Source: an uncultured Hyphomicrobiales bacterium (lineage in GTDB: Bacteria; Bacteroidota; Ignavibacteria; Kapaibacteriales; UBA2268). From it: 64,000 nucleotides of DNA. Shown here piece by piece: positions 39,902 through 49,594 of this stretch (positions are counted from its first letter, which is position 1; each line of letters starts with the position of its first letter). Below the pieces are notes generated by a model. The model did no database searches, had not been told where the DNA came from, and saw only the letters and a list, made by a program, of their open reading frames with translations. The position numbers and the translations under genes are program-made. The stretch spans positions 161,986-225,985 of the forward strand of contig CAZYXG010000001.1 of the NCBI GenBank assembly GCA_964650885.1. The letters run 5' to 3'.

Positions 39902-40420
39902 ATGGAACTAAATTTACAAATACTAAAAATCATTGAAAAACATATCGGTTCAAAGATATTTGCAATTTTCAAAGATGAAAAAGGCGTAAAAATGATTGTT
40001 GGCAAATTGCAAAATGCAAATGCAGAAAAAATATTGATAAGCGATATGAACTCTTCTGCTGGCAATCAAGTTATTCCTTATGTTGAAAATGGAAGACCAA
40101 AGATGTTAGCTATGTATAATTCTAACTCACTTAATATTATGAACCCTACAAACAATGAGCATTTGGGAGCAAAACTCAGAAAAAGAGATAACCAAACGAA
40201 AATTATAAACTCTATGAAACCATTGTTGAAAAAGAACATTAGCGTTATTTATAAGAACAATGGAAATATGTTTGCAGTCAATGGTCAACTTGGTAATATG
40301 GGTATGGTGAATCTTACAATTTTACCTGCACCATTTTTTAACGATGAACAAATTATGAAATACAATGACATAATGAACATTTTCGATGAATTTGGAAATG
40401 ATTTAATTGACATTAATTAA
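39902..40420 (+). CDS. Hypothetical protein, possibly two tandem Sm/LSm-like domains
   Basis: Long ORF in operon orientation with two internally similar halves. Function not recognised. Confidence 0.65.
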   Translation: MELNLQILKIIEKHIGSKIFAIFKDEKGVKMIVGKLQNANAEKILISDMNSSAGNQVIPYVENGRPKMLAMYNSNSLNIMNPTNNEHLGAKLRKRDNQTKIINSMKPLLKKNISVIYKNNGNMFAVNGQLGNMGMVNLTILPAPFFNDEQIMKYNDIMNIFDEFGNDLIDIN

Positions 40421-40434
40421 TTAGGAAATTTAAA

Positions 40435-41274
40435 ATGGCTTGGTTTTCAAGGTCAAATAAAAATATTGAAGCTCAAATAAGCAAAGACATGCCAGGTGGA
40501 CTCTGGACTAAATGCGATTCTTGTGGAGAAGTAATTTATAAAACTCAACTTGAAGAAAATCTTTTTACTTGCCCTTCTTGCAATAGACACTTCAGAATAG
40601 ATACTTCTGAATACATTAATATTCTTTTTGATGAAGGAACTTTTGTGGAAACTGAAACCAGTATTCGCTCGGTAGATGCTTTGGAATTTGTTGACACTAA
40701 AAAATACACTGACAGACTTAACGATGCTTACGCAAAATCTAAACTAAATGACGCATTGACAATTGGTTATGGTAATATAAATTCTCATAAAGTTTCATTT
40801 GCATCAATGAATTTTGCATTTATTGGCGGCAGTATGGGTTCAGTTGTGGGAGAAAAATTTGTAAGAGCTGGACAGTATGCCCTTAAACATCGCATCCCTT
40901 TCATAATGATTTCAGCTTCTGGCGGAGCTAGAATGCAAGAAGCTGCTTATTCTCTAATGCAAATGGCTAAAACTTCATTCATACTTTCTCAATTGCACGA
41001 AGAAGGTATTCCCTATATTTCATTGTTAACCGACCCAACAACTGGTGGGGTCAGTGCATCTTATGCAATGCTTGGCGATTTGAATATATCAGAACCAGGT
41101 GCATTGATTGGATTTGCTGGCCCAAGAGTAATTGAGCAAACAATTAAGAAAAAATTACCACCAGGATTCCAAAGAGCTGAGTTTTTATTGGAACACGGAT
41201 TCTTAGATAAAATCGTCCACAGAAAAGAGCTGAAATCGGCTTTAACGCATTATGTTGATTGGTTTGGATTTTAA
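40435..41274 (+). CDS. accD: Acetyl-CoA carboxylase carboxyltransferase beta subunit
   Basis: LWTKCDSC...CPSC zinc finger, GGSMGSVVGEK, SGGARMQE and GFAGPRVIEQT motifs. Confidence 0.97.
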   Translation: MAWFSRSNKNIEAQISKDMPGGLWTKCDSCGEVIYKTQLEENLFTCPSCNRHFRIDTSEYINILFDEGTFVETETSIRSVDALEFVDTKKYTDRLNDAYAKSKLNDALTIGYGNINSHKVSFASMNFAFIGGSMGSVVGEKFVRAGQYALKHRIPFIMISASGGARMQEAAYSLMQMAKTSFILSQLHEEGIPYISLLTDPTTGGVSASYAMLGDLNISEPGALIGFAGPRVIEQTIKKKLPPGFQRAEFLLEHGFLDKIVHRKELKSALTHYVDWFGF

Positions 41275-41382
41275 TTACTCAAATCATATTTTGTTAAACC
41301 AAAGAATGTTTATTTGCAATTAGCAAATAAGTTTGTAATTTGGAATTGCGTTCTTTAATAATTTCAAATTATAGGTGTAGAT

Positions 41383-41670
41383 ATGAAAACCAACGTAACT
41401 TTCAGACACTTCAATGGTCACCATCCCGACCTGCAAGAAATGGCAATTGAAGCAGCAAATAGATTCTCAAAATTCCACGATTCTATTATTAGTGCTAATA
41501 TTGACTTTTTAAAAGAAAATGAAAAAACTGTGCAGTTCACTGTGAATGTGGCTGGTACAACTTTAGTAGCGAAAGACTCAAGCGATGAATTGAAAAAAAG
41601 TTTAGCTTTAGCCGAAGACAAAATGATAAGACAAATCAAAAAATTCAAAGAAAAAAAATCAGAACATTAA
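41383..41670 (+). CDS. hpf: Ribosome hibernation promoting factor (short HPF/RaiA)
   Basis: NVTFRH start and C-terminal helix DKMIRQIKKFKEK. Located upstream of hprK. Confidence 0.85.
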   Translation: MKTNVTFRHFNGHHPDLQEMAIEAANRFSKFHDSIISANIDFLKENEKTVQFTVNVAGTTLVAKDSSDELKKSLALAEDKMIRQIKKFKEKKSEH

Positions 41671-41679
41671 TTTTTATTT

Positions 41680-41703
41680 GGGGACTTTCAAGTCCCCTTT
41701 TTT
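41680..41703 (+). terminator. Intrinsic terminator after hpf
   Basis: GGGGACT-TTCA-AGTCCCC-TTTTTT. Confidence 0.8.
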
Positions 41704-41712
41704 ATCTCAATA

Positions 41713-42732
41713 ATGAAACAATTCGATAATATTCAAATAATTAGAAAAGCTAAAATTCCTATTTCACATTTGCTGGAATCGCCAATAAAACCAACATTGG
41801 TAACTCAGAAAGTTGATTTGGGCAATAAGTTTGTTTCTGAGAAAAATTTACACAGACCTCAGCTTGCTTTAGCTGGTTATGTGGGATTGTTTACTTTCGA
41901 AAGAGTACAAATCTTTGGAAATACTGAAGTTAATTATCTGCAAAGTTTATCGCCTGAAGAAAGAATTAAATCTATAAAGAAAATTGCAGGTTTCGACATC
42001 CCTTGCATTTTACTAACTAATAAGAATCAATTAGAGCCTCATTTAATAGAAATATTTGAAAATAGAAATATAGCCATACTTTCCACAGAACTTGAAACTA
42101 CTTTAGCATTTACTTTACTTTCCGAATTTTTAGATGATCAATTTGCAATGCAAGCCACTATTCATGGTTCTTTTGTAGATGTTTACGGAGTTGGAATTCT
42201 ATTTTGTGGAAAAAGTGGAATAGGTAAAAGTGAAGTTGCTCTTGATTTAGTAGAACGTGGACATAGATTAGTAGCCGATGATATCGTAATGGTAACTAAA
42301 ACACGTGAATCCATAATAATGGGTACTGGAACAAACCTTGTACAGCACTTTATGGAAATCCGTGGTTTAGGTATTATTGATATCCGACAAATGTTTGGGG
42401 TTAGATCTATTAGATTTCAAAAACGATTAGAAATAATAGTTGAACTCGAAGAATGGGATAGTAATACAGAATACAATAGAACTGGTTTGGAAGAAACTCC
42501 TTCAACTTTAATGGGAGTGGCTTTAAACACAGTGAAGCTACCAATTATACCAGGAAAAAATATAACTGTTATAGCCGAAGTGGTGGCTTTGAATTATCTT
42601 TTGAAAACTTATGGCTATAATGCTTCTGATGTATTCTCAAATAAACTTAGAGAAGCAATTGAAGCCAAAACTTTGAATGGGAAACACAATGATAGTAGGA
42701 TTATATCATACTTTCAGGGTGATAGAGAGTAA
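41713..42732 (+). CDS. hprK: HPr kinase/phosphorylase
   Basis: RPQLALAG, GKSGIGKSE, HRLVADD and MEIRGLGII motifs. Confidence 0.95.
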   Translation: MKQFDNIQIIRKAKIPISHLLESPIKPTLVTQKVDLGNKFVSEKNLHRPQLALAGYVGLFTFERVQIFGNTEVNYLQSLSPEERIKSIKKIAGFDIPCILLTNKNQLEPHLIEIFENRNIAILSTELETTLAFTLLSEFLDDQFAMQATIHGSFVDVYGVGILFCGKSGIGKSEVALDLVERGHRLVADDIVMVTKTRESIIMGTGTNLVQHFMEIRGLGIIDIRQMFGVRSIRFQKRLEIIVELEEWDSNTEYNRTGLEETPSTLMGVALNTVKLPIIPGKNITVIAEVVALNYLLKTYGYNASDVFSNKLREAIEAKTLNGKHNDSRIISYFQGDRE

Positions 42733-42767
42733 TTACAAATTAGATTTAAAAGAAAGGTTAAAAAACG

Positions 42768-44726
42768 ATGAGATTAATCAAATCATCATTATACATATTA
42801 CTATTTTTTGCAGTTATTACTGCCAATGCACAGCAACACGTAAAGTTCTTTGCTAACCCGAGTAAATCTAGTGTGAAAGCTGGAGAAGAATTCCAAGTGC
42901 AATTTAAAATTGTGCTTGATAAACATTGGTACACTTATTCTACAAAAGAGCAAGTTGGCCCAGATGGTGTTGGACCAACCACAACTGAGATAAAGCTAAA
43001 AGAAAATGATTTACTTTCTCAAAATGGGAAATTAATAGTTCCAAAAGGCAAAGTAAAATTCGATGAAGGTTTTAGAACTAAAATTGAATATTTTAAAGAA
43101 AGTGCTATCTTCACAATTCCAGTGAAAGCTAATAAAGCAATCAATTTTGCTAAAGACCAACTTTTTGTTACTGTTTATATTCAAATTTGTGATACATCAA
43201 GATGCTTACCTCCTGAAGAATATAATGTAAAAATAGATAAAAAAGCTGTTGAAATTGAAATAGTAAAATTAGATACTACTGCTTCTCAAGCTGAATCATT
43301 TCATATTGACAACGATAATTCTAAAAAAAATCAAGATCATACAACTTCTCCAAATGCAAACATTTCAAAAAAAGTTGAAACCGAGAGCCAAAAAGAATAC
43401 AACGATGCCGTGAAAGGTGGAGTATCTTCTTTTATTTGGTTAGCATTTATTGCTGGTTTGATTTCACTTTTAACTCCTTGCGTTTTCCCAATGGTGCCTA
43501 TAACCGTTTCTTTCTTTACTAAAAGAGCGGAAAAAGCACACGGAAAAGGACTTAGAGATTCTTTGATATTTGCGTTAGGTATTGTATCTACATTTACTTT
43601 GTTGGGAGTAATATTCTCATCTGTAAGTGGTGGTGCTGGTGGCTTAAGCTCATTTGCTGCTAATGGATGGTTTAATTTGGTAATTGCAATTGTAATATTC
43701 ATCTTAGCTCTAAATTTGTTTGGAGCTTTTGAAATACAAGTACCAACTTCGATTATGAACAAACTAAACTCAAAATCCCAAGGAAATGGTTTACTTGCTA
43801 TATTTTTAATGGGTTTAACTTTCTCCTTAACTTCATTTACTTGCACAGTTCCTTTTGTTTCATTTGCTCTTGGCTCTGCTGCAAATGGAAAATGGTTCTA
43901 TCCTATTTTAGGGATGTTAGTTTATTCTTCTGTTTTTGCAGCTCCATTTTTCTTATTGTCATTATTTCCAAGAGCATTGAAATCTTTGCCTAAATCAGGC
44001 GGTTGGATGAATAACATTAAAGTAGTTTTCGGATTTTTGGAAATAGCTTTTGCAATTAAGTTCATAAGTCAAGCAGATGTTGCTTGGGGTCTTGAAATAT
44101 TGCCACGAGAAGTGTTCTTAGCTGCTTGGATAGCTTGCTTTGCACTTGCAACTCTTTATATTTTCGGTTTCTTTGAAATGAAAATGGATTCTAAATTAGA
44201 AAAAGTTGGTGGTGTACGTGCTTTATTTGGATTTTTCTTTGCCACAATCACAGTTTATTTATTCTACGGTTTGGGTGGAAGTACTTTTTTCAATGATTTA
44301 AATTCATATATGCCTCCTTATTCATTTAATACGGCTAATGTGTCAAATGTAGCAGCTGGCTCAACAAAAGTTGAAGAAGTTTGGGAAACTGATTATAAGA
44401 AAGCATTAATTAGAGCTAAAGCTGAAAATAAAAATGTGTTTATTGATTACACTGGTTGGACTTGTACAAACTGCAGATGGATGGAGCAGAACATATTTCC
44501 AGATAAAGAAGTTTCGGAAATAATGAATAAATATGTTTTAGTCAGACTTTATACAGATCGCAGACAAGAAGCTGAACTTGCAAATAAGAAAATGCAAATG
44601 GACAGATATGGAACAATTGAATTACCACTTTATGTAATTGTCAAACCAAATGAAGAACTAATTGGCACTAAAACATTTTCAAGAGATAAAGCTGCTTTTA
44701 TTACATTCTTGAAAAAAGGATTATAG
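42768..44726 (+). CDS. dsbD: Thiol:disulfide interchange protein DsbD
   Basis: N-domain CDTSRC, TM-domain TPCVFP and SFTCT, thioredoxin domain WTCTNC. Confidence 0.92.
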   Translation: MRLIKSSLYILLFFAVITANAQQHVKFFANPSKSSVKAGEEFQVQFKIVLDKHWYTYSTKEQVGPDGVGPTTTEIKLKENDLLSQNGKLIVPKGKVKFDEGFRTKIEYFKESAIFTIPVKANKAINFAKDQLFVTVYIQICDTSRCLPPEEYNVKIDKKAVEIEIVKLDTTASQAESFHIDNDNSKKNQDHTTSPNANISKKVETESQKEYNDAVKGGVSSFIWLAFIAGLISLLTPCVFPMVPITVSFFTKRAEKAHGKGLRDSLIFALGIVSTFTLLGVIFSSVSGGAGGLSSFAANGWFNLVIAIVIFILALNLFGAFEIQVPTSIMNKLNSKSQGNGLLAIFLMGLTFSLTSFTCTVPFVSFALGSAANGKWFYPILGMLVYSSVFAAPFFLLSLFPRALKSLPKSGGWMNNIKVVFGFLEIAFAIKFISQADVAWGLEILPREVFLAAWIACFALATLYIFGFFEMKMDSKLEKVGGVRALFGFFFATITVYLFYGLGGSTFFNDLNSYMPPYSFNTANVSNVAAGSTKVEEVWETDYKKALIRAKAENKNVFIDYTGWTCTNCRWMEQNIFPDKEVSEIMNKYVLVRLYTDRRQEAELANKKMQMDRYGTIELPLYVIVKPNEELIGTKTFSRDKAAFITFLKKGL

Positions 44727-44732
44727 TAAAAC

Positions 44733-44766
44733 AAAAAAGGTCAGATTTTTATCTGACCTTTTTTTT
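44733..44766. terminator. Bidirectional intrinsic terminator
   Basis: AAAAAAGGTCAGAT-TTTT-ATCTGACCTTTTTTTT between convergent genes. Confidence 0.85.
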
Positions 44767-44781
44767 AAAATTTATGAATAA

Positions 44782-45654
44782 TTATTTCATTCTTATTCCA
44801 GCTGTAGAAATTGCCGATGTACAGAAATATCCATAAGCTTTAGTTTTTGATTGAGGGTTTCTATTCTTAATATTAGTCCTCACATTATAAGGAGGAGTCG
44901 CAAAAAGTCCACCATTAATTATTTGATTTAAAACATCACCGAGCCAATTATAAGTGCCTTCTTCAATAGATAACAACTGTATTGAAATTGTATCTCCCAT
45001 AACATAAGGTTTCCTTCCGCCTTCTTTATTGATTGTTAATCTCATAGGTGATATAAATGGTAAACCATCACCACCATCACCTCCAAATGAAGCATCGGAA
45101 ACGATATCAGAATTATCCAATTTTTTTAAAGTATCGTTATATGTAGTTCTTATCCAGTTGTAATCTTTTCTGCCTTTAAAGTCAACAGCGAAAAATTCAG
45201 CAAGTTTTACTTCTTTGCCATCAAAAGGGTTTTTCTCTGTTATTATTCTAATTGAATCAATTTTTGGAACTGGACTTACAATAGAGTTAGCATAATATTC
45301 TTCGCCATTATACTTTATTACTAATTCATATTTGTTTCCAATTTTACAAAAATCGTCTCCATTTGATGGAGAATAAGAATAAACACCATTTGATTCTGGA
45401 CTGAAACTATAAATATTGCCAAGGCTATCTCTAATTTCTACAGTCGCACCTTCGGCATATACTTTTGCATTATTATCAAAGTAAGGTGTAGTCATAGAAA
45501 GTTTAATTATTTGTTTCTCGTTTAAATTATTAATAAATGCATCAACAACAAGTTGAGATTCTCCTGGGTCAAGTTCTACATCTATTGGATCTTCACAAGA
45601 AGTAAAAAGTAAAGCTCCGAACAGTAAGAATAATATTTTGATTGAGTTTTTCAT
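44782..45654 (-). CDS. DUF4249-like lipoprotein (partner of the TonB-dependent receptor)
   Basis: Lipobox FTSC, then EDPIDV...LVVDAFI, VPKIDS and C-terminal TNI...GYF. Confidence 0.8.
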   Translation of the reverse strand: MKNSIKILFLLFGALLFTSCEDPIDVELDPGESQLVVDAFINNLNEKQIIKLSMTTPYFDNNAKVYAEGATVEIRDSLGNIYSFSPESNGVYSYSPSNGDDFCKIGNKYELVIKYNGEEYYANSIVSPVPKIDSIRIITEKNPFDGKEVKLAEFFAVDFKGRKDYNWIRTTYNDTLKKLDNSDIVSDASFGGDGGDGLPFISPMRLTINKEGGRKPYVMGDTISIQLLSIEEGTYNWLGDVLNQIINGGLFATPPYNVRTNIKNRNPQSKTKAYGYFCTSAISTAGIRMK

Positions 45655-45677
45655 TTTTTTTACCTTTTAATTTCCAA

Positions 45678-48041
45678 TTAGAATGAGAAGTTCCATGCCA
45701 CAGAAGGCACGATAGAACCAATGATAGAATATTTAATTGCTTCAGTCTGTTTAGTGTCGTTGTTTTGTTGGAAGAAAACTGAAAAAGCATTTCTTCTGTT
45801 ATAAACATTGTATAAAGAGAAAACCCAATAAGATTCCCATTTACTGCCCTCTTTTTTGTCAGGTCGCCAAGTTGCAGAAATGTCCAATCTGTGATAATCA
45901 GGTAGTCTGTAATTGTTTCTCGAATCATAAGAGTTATGCGGAATCACAATCCCTTGTATTTCTAACCTATTAGTAGGAAAGGTGCCTGGTGTACCAGATT
46001 GGAAAGTGAAGTTTGCAGAGAAATTCCAATTTGTATTCAAATCATAATTTGCAACAATATTCAAATTATGAAGTCTATCAAAACGATTTGCAAACCAATC
46101 ATTTTGGTTAACACCTTCTATCAATCTTTCTGTTTTTCCAATTGTATAGCTAACCCAACCATTCAAAAGTCCTTTCTTTTTACGAACAAAGAATTCCGCT
46201 CCGTAAGCTCTACCTTTACCAGTAAGCAAATCAGCTTCAATAAGTGGATTCAAAAATAAGTTAGCTCCATTTATATAATCTACTTGGTTTTGTGAAGCTT
46301 TATAGTAAAGTTCTACACTCGTTTCGTATTCATTTTCTTCAAAATTTCTGAAATAACCTAAAGCAAACTGATCTGCCAATTCTGGAAGAATGTTATTAGT
46401 GGTTGGTGTCCAGACATCTAAAGGAGTGGAGGCAGTTGTATTGGATACCAAATGTAAGTATTGGACCATTCTATTATAACTCAATTTAATAGAAGAGACT
46501 TGATCTAAATCAGATTTGAAAGAAAATCTAGGTTCCCAATTGCTGTATTGAGTTATGCTACTCAAACCAGTTACTTTAGTAGAACTAGCTACATTTTTTC
46601 TTAACCCTGGTGCAGTCTCATTAAACTCATAAACAGTTACACCTTTGTCGCCAAAACTTAAGTATTGATAATTAGAAAAACGTACACCATATTGAATTGT
46701 AATATCATCAGTCAATTTTTGTTCATTATCAACATAGATTCCACTTTCCAATGAATATCTATTTTCCAAGTTTATGGTGTTTGTAATTCCTTGACTTGAA
46801 AATACTGCATTACCTAACACGAAATCATAAAATGTAGTTTGCAGACCAAATTTCAGAGTATTCTCTGAATTCATATAGTATGTAAAATCTGGCTTGAAGG
46901 AATAGTTAATAATTTTCGAATCATTTTTGAATTGATTAGCATCTTCATTGCCAAACTGCAATGAATAATCATAGTTACTATAAATCAAGGTAGTATTCAA
47001 GAATAATTGATCACTAAATAAGTGATTCCAACGAAATGTAGAAGTTATATTTCCCCAGTTAAATCCAAAACCAGCTCCAAAAACATCACGCCCCAAATAT
47101 GCAGAAAGATATAACTTATCCTTTTCTCCAACTTGATAATTTGATTTTAAAGTTAAATCATAGAAATTGAATTTTGCATCGGATAAACTTCCACTCAGAA
47201 AAGGTTTTGCAAGCAAATCAATATAAGATCTTCTAGCAGCAATTATGAAAGAACCTTTATCTTTTTCGATTGGACCTTCAATAGATAATCTACTAAAAAT
47301 GAGACCAATACCTCCAGTAACATCAAATTCTTTAACATTTCCATCTTTCAATCGAACATCTAAAATAGAAGATAAGCGTCCGCCATATTCAGCTGGAATA
47401 CCGCCTTTTACTAATTTCACATCTTTAACAGCATCTGGATTGAAAACAGAAAAGAAACCAAACAAATGTGAAGAGTTATAAATTGGTGCTTCATCTAACA
47501 ATATTAAATTCTGGTCAATTCCACCTCCACGCACATTGAAGCCAGAAGCTCCTTCGCCAACTGTGGATACACCTGGAAGAAGTTGAATACTGCGTATTAC
47601 ATCTACTTCACCTAAAAGAGCTGGGATTTTCTTCAAATCTATCATCTCAACTTTTAAAGTACTCATTTCTATATTTTTAATATTATTATCTTCCTTTTCG
47701 GCAGAGATAACAACTGTTTCAGTAGTTTTTGAAGATATTACTAAATTTAAATCTAATTTTAAATTACTTTCAACTTCTAAACCTTTAATGAAGTTGTCAT
47801 ATCCAACATAAGAAGAAATGATTGTATATTTTCCTTTGGGAACTGAAATGGAATAAAATCCATAAGCGTTTGATTTTGTGCCAAGTTTAGTATCTTTGAA
47901 TCGCACTGTGGCACCGATTAGATTTTCTCCGTTTTTAGCATCTTTCACATAACCGCTAATTGTTACTTTAGATTGTGAATAGACTTGGAGTGAAGATATT
48001 ATTAAAAGTATTAATGCAAAATAGTAAAACCTATTCTTCAA
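45678..48041 (-). CDS. TonB-dependent receptor with N-terminal carboxypeptidase-regulatory-like domain
   Basis: ISGYVKD...GENLIGA, plug GEVDV...LLPGV...VRGG, YGGRLSS, RLPDYHRLD, and a C-terminal aromatic residue. Confidence 0.92.
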   Translation of the reverse strand: MKNRFYYFALILLIISSLQVYSQSKVTISGYVKDAKNGENLIGATVRFKDTKLGTKSNAYGFYSISVPKGKYTIISSYVGYDNFIKGLEVESNLKLDLNLVISSKTTETVVISAEKEDNNIKNIEMSTLKVEMIDLKKIPALLGEVDVIRSIQLLPGVSTVGEGASGFNVRGGGIDQNLILLDEAPIYNSSHLFGFFSVFNPDAVKDVKLVKGGIPAEYGGRLSSILDVRLKDGNVKEFDVTGGIGLIFSRLSIEGPIEKDKGSFIIAARRSYIDLLAKPFLSGSLSDAKFNFYDLTLKSNYQVGEKDKLYLSAYLGRDVFGAGFGFNWGNITSTFRWNHLFSDQLFLNTTLIYSNYDYSLQFGNEDANQFKNDSKIINYSFKPDFTYYMNSENTLKFGLQTTFYDFVLGNAVFSSQGITNTINLENRYSLESGIYVDNEQKLTDDITIQYGVRFSNYQYLSFGDKGVTVYEFNETAPGLRKNVASSTKVTGLSSITQYSNWEPRFSFKSDLDQVSSIKLSYNRMVQYLHLVSNTTASTPLDVWTPTTNNILPELADQFALGYFRNFEENEYETSVELYYKASQNQVDYINGANLFLNPLIEADLLTGKGRAYGAEFFVRKKKGLLNGWVSYTIGKTERLIEGVNQNDWFANRFDRLHNLNIVANYDLNTNWNFSANFTFQSGTPGTFPTNRLEIQGIVIPHNSYDSRNNYRLPDYHRLDISATWRPDKKEGSKWESYWVFSLYNVYNRRNAFSVFFQQNNDTKQTEAIKYSIIGSIVPSVAWNFSF

Positions 48042-48207
48042 AACTTATCCTGTATTTATTGATGTTAAATAATTATTTTTAATGCAGTACGTATAAATTT
48101 TAATAAAGTTGCAAATATTGCAATAGTTTTACCACGTATTCGTTCTATTATACAACAATAACGTTGCAATTGAAACTTTATTTTTAATTAATTAAAATTA
48201 TTTCAGA

Positions 48208-48840
48208 ATGTTAGAAAACTCATTAAAATTTATTTCAGCCAAACCAATTATTGAAAAATGGGAAGAATATCTTGTAAATTCAACTGATGATTCTATACAT
48301 AACTTTGCCAAATGGATTTTGAATGAAAAAGGAGATAATGAACAACTTAGGAATCAAGAACTGCAAGTTTATTTCGATAATCAATCTGAATTGCATAAAC
48401 TAAGTTATCTAAATTCAGAAGCAGGCTATTTAATTGGCAGACTTTATAAGTTTTTGAAAATATATACAAAGAACATACTTAAAGAGTGCAATTTTTCAAG
48501 TTTAGATGAGTTTGGAATTTTAGCTTATATTGATTTGAAAACAGTTTGTTCAAAGAAAGATGCTATTTCGGAAACTTTAATAGATAATACAACTGGTATA
48601 GATATAATCAAACGTTTAATTAAAAAAGAATTTGTGAATGAAAAAACTAATCCCGATGATAAAAGAGAAAAACTAGTTTCTACAAGTGAAAAAGGTAAAT
48701 TTGCACTCACGAGCTTATACATAAAACTTGGTTCTGTTCAAGATTTGCTAATTGGTATGGAAGATAAAGAGAAAATAAACTTAGTTAATTTCTTAAAACG
48801 ATTAGATATATTTCATACTGAAATTAATTCAAATCACTAA
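48208..48840 (+). CDS. MarR family winged-helix regulator with N-terminal extension
   Basis: TTGIDIIKRLIKKEFV...DDKREKLV...KGK. Transcribed divergently from the TonB receptor. Confidence 0.8.
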   Translation: MLENSLKFISAKPIIEKWEEYLVNSTDDSIHNFAKWILNEKGDNEQLRNQELQVYFDNQSELHKLSYLNSEAGYLIGRLYKFLKIYTKNILKECNFSSLDEFGILAYIDLKTVCSKKDAISETLIDNTTGIDIIKRLIKKEFVNEKTNPDDKREKLVSTSEKGKFALTSLYIKLGSVQDLLIGMEDKEKINLVNFLKRLDIFHTEINSNH

Positions 48841-49021
48841 TTTACTTAAACTTTCCTTTCAATTTAAACATCACCCAAAAGTATTATTTTTCAACAGTCC
48901 TATCAATGTGGAAAAATAAACTTATCAATAAAATCAATAATTTAATGATTTTAGTTTGTAATGAATTATTAATTTTGTTAATTTTACACTAAATAATTTT
49001 ATAATTATCAAATGGTTTCTG

Positions 49022-49594
49022 ATGAGGCGTATAATACAGATTTTTTCAGTTTTACTTTTCATATTTACAGCTCCTAATATATTAACTGCACAAAACAACT
49101 ATGTTGGTCTTGGTGCTACTTATATTAATCCTATGGGAGATTATAGCGAAGTAAACAATGGTGGCATAGGATTCACTGCAATTTTCGAATCAAGAAAGTT
49201 TTGTAAATATTGGTATGGATTGCGACTCGATTATTTCAAAACAGATTCACTTGAAGGAAAACAAGCAAGTGATTTTTATTTTAATCGTGCTATCATAATT
49301 TCTCCAGAATTCCGCTATAATTTCATTCCAGACGATTGTGAAAAATATGACATCACTCCTTATGCCAATGGGTTATTATCAATTTCATCTATTTCCAATA
49401 CTGACTCTTTAAGTACAGTTGGGCTTGGCTATGGTGTTGGAGTTGGAGCTGCTTATAGCTTTCAAATGTTTAAAAAGTGTTGGATGTTAGATTTGAATGC
49501 TCTATATGGTGCTCCAAATTCACTTTATGCTGCAGATGGTAGAAAAAGATTAACTTCGTTGAATGTTGGACTAACTTTAAGTGTAGGTTTATAA
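49022..49594 (+). CDS. Small outer-membrane beta-barrel protein
   Basis: Signal peptide, alternating Gly/aromatic strands (YGLRLDYF, GLGYGVGVGAAY) and C-terminal LNVGLTLSVGL. Confidence 0.7.
   Translation: MRRIIQIFSVLLFIFTAPNILTAQNNYVGLGATYINPMGDYSEVNNGGIGFTAIFESRKFCKYWYGLRLDYFKTDSLEGKQASDFYFNRAIIISPEFRYNFIPDDCEKYDITPYANGLLSISSISNTDSLSTVGLGYGVGVGAAYSFQMFKKCWMLDLNALYGAPNSLYAADGRKRLTSLNVGLTLSVGL

Noticed and set aside
48191-48238. Near-direct repeat ATTAAAATT(T)ATTTCAG flanking the marR start
   Set aside because: Low-complexity AT-rich sequence with only two imperfect copies. No function can be supported.
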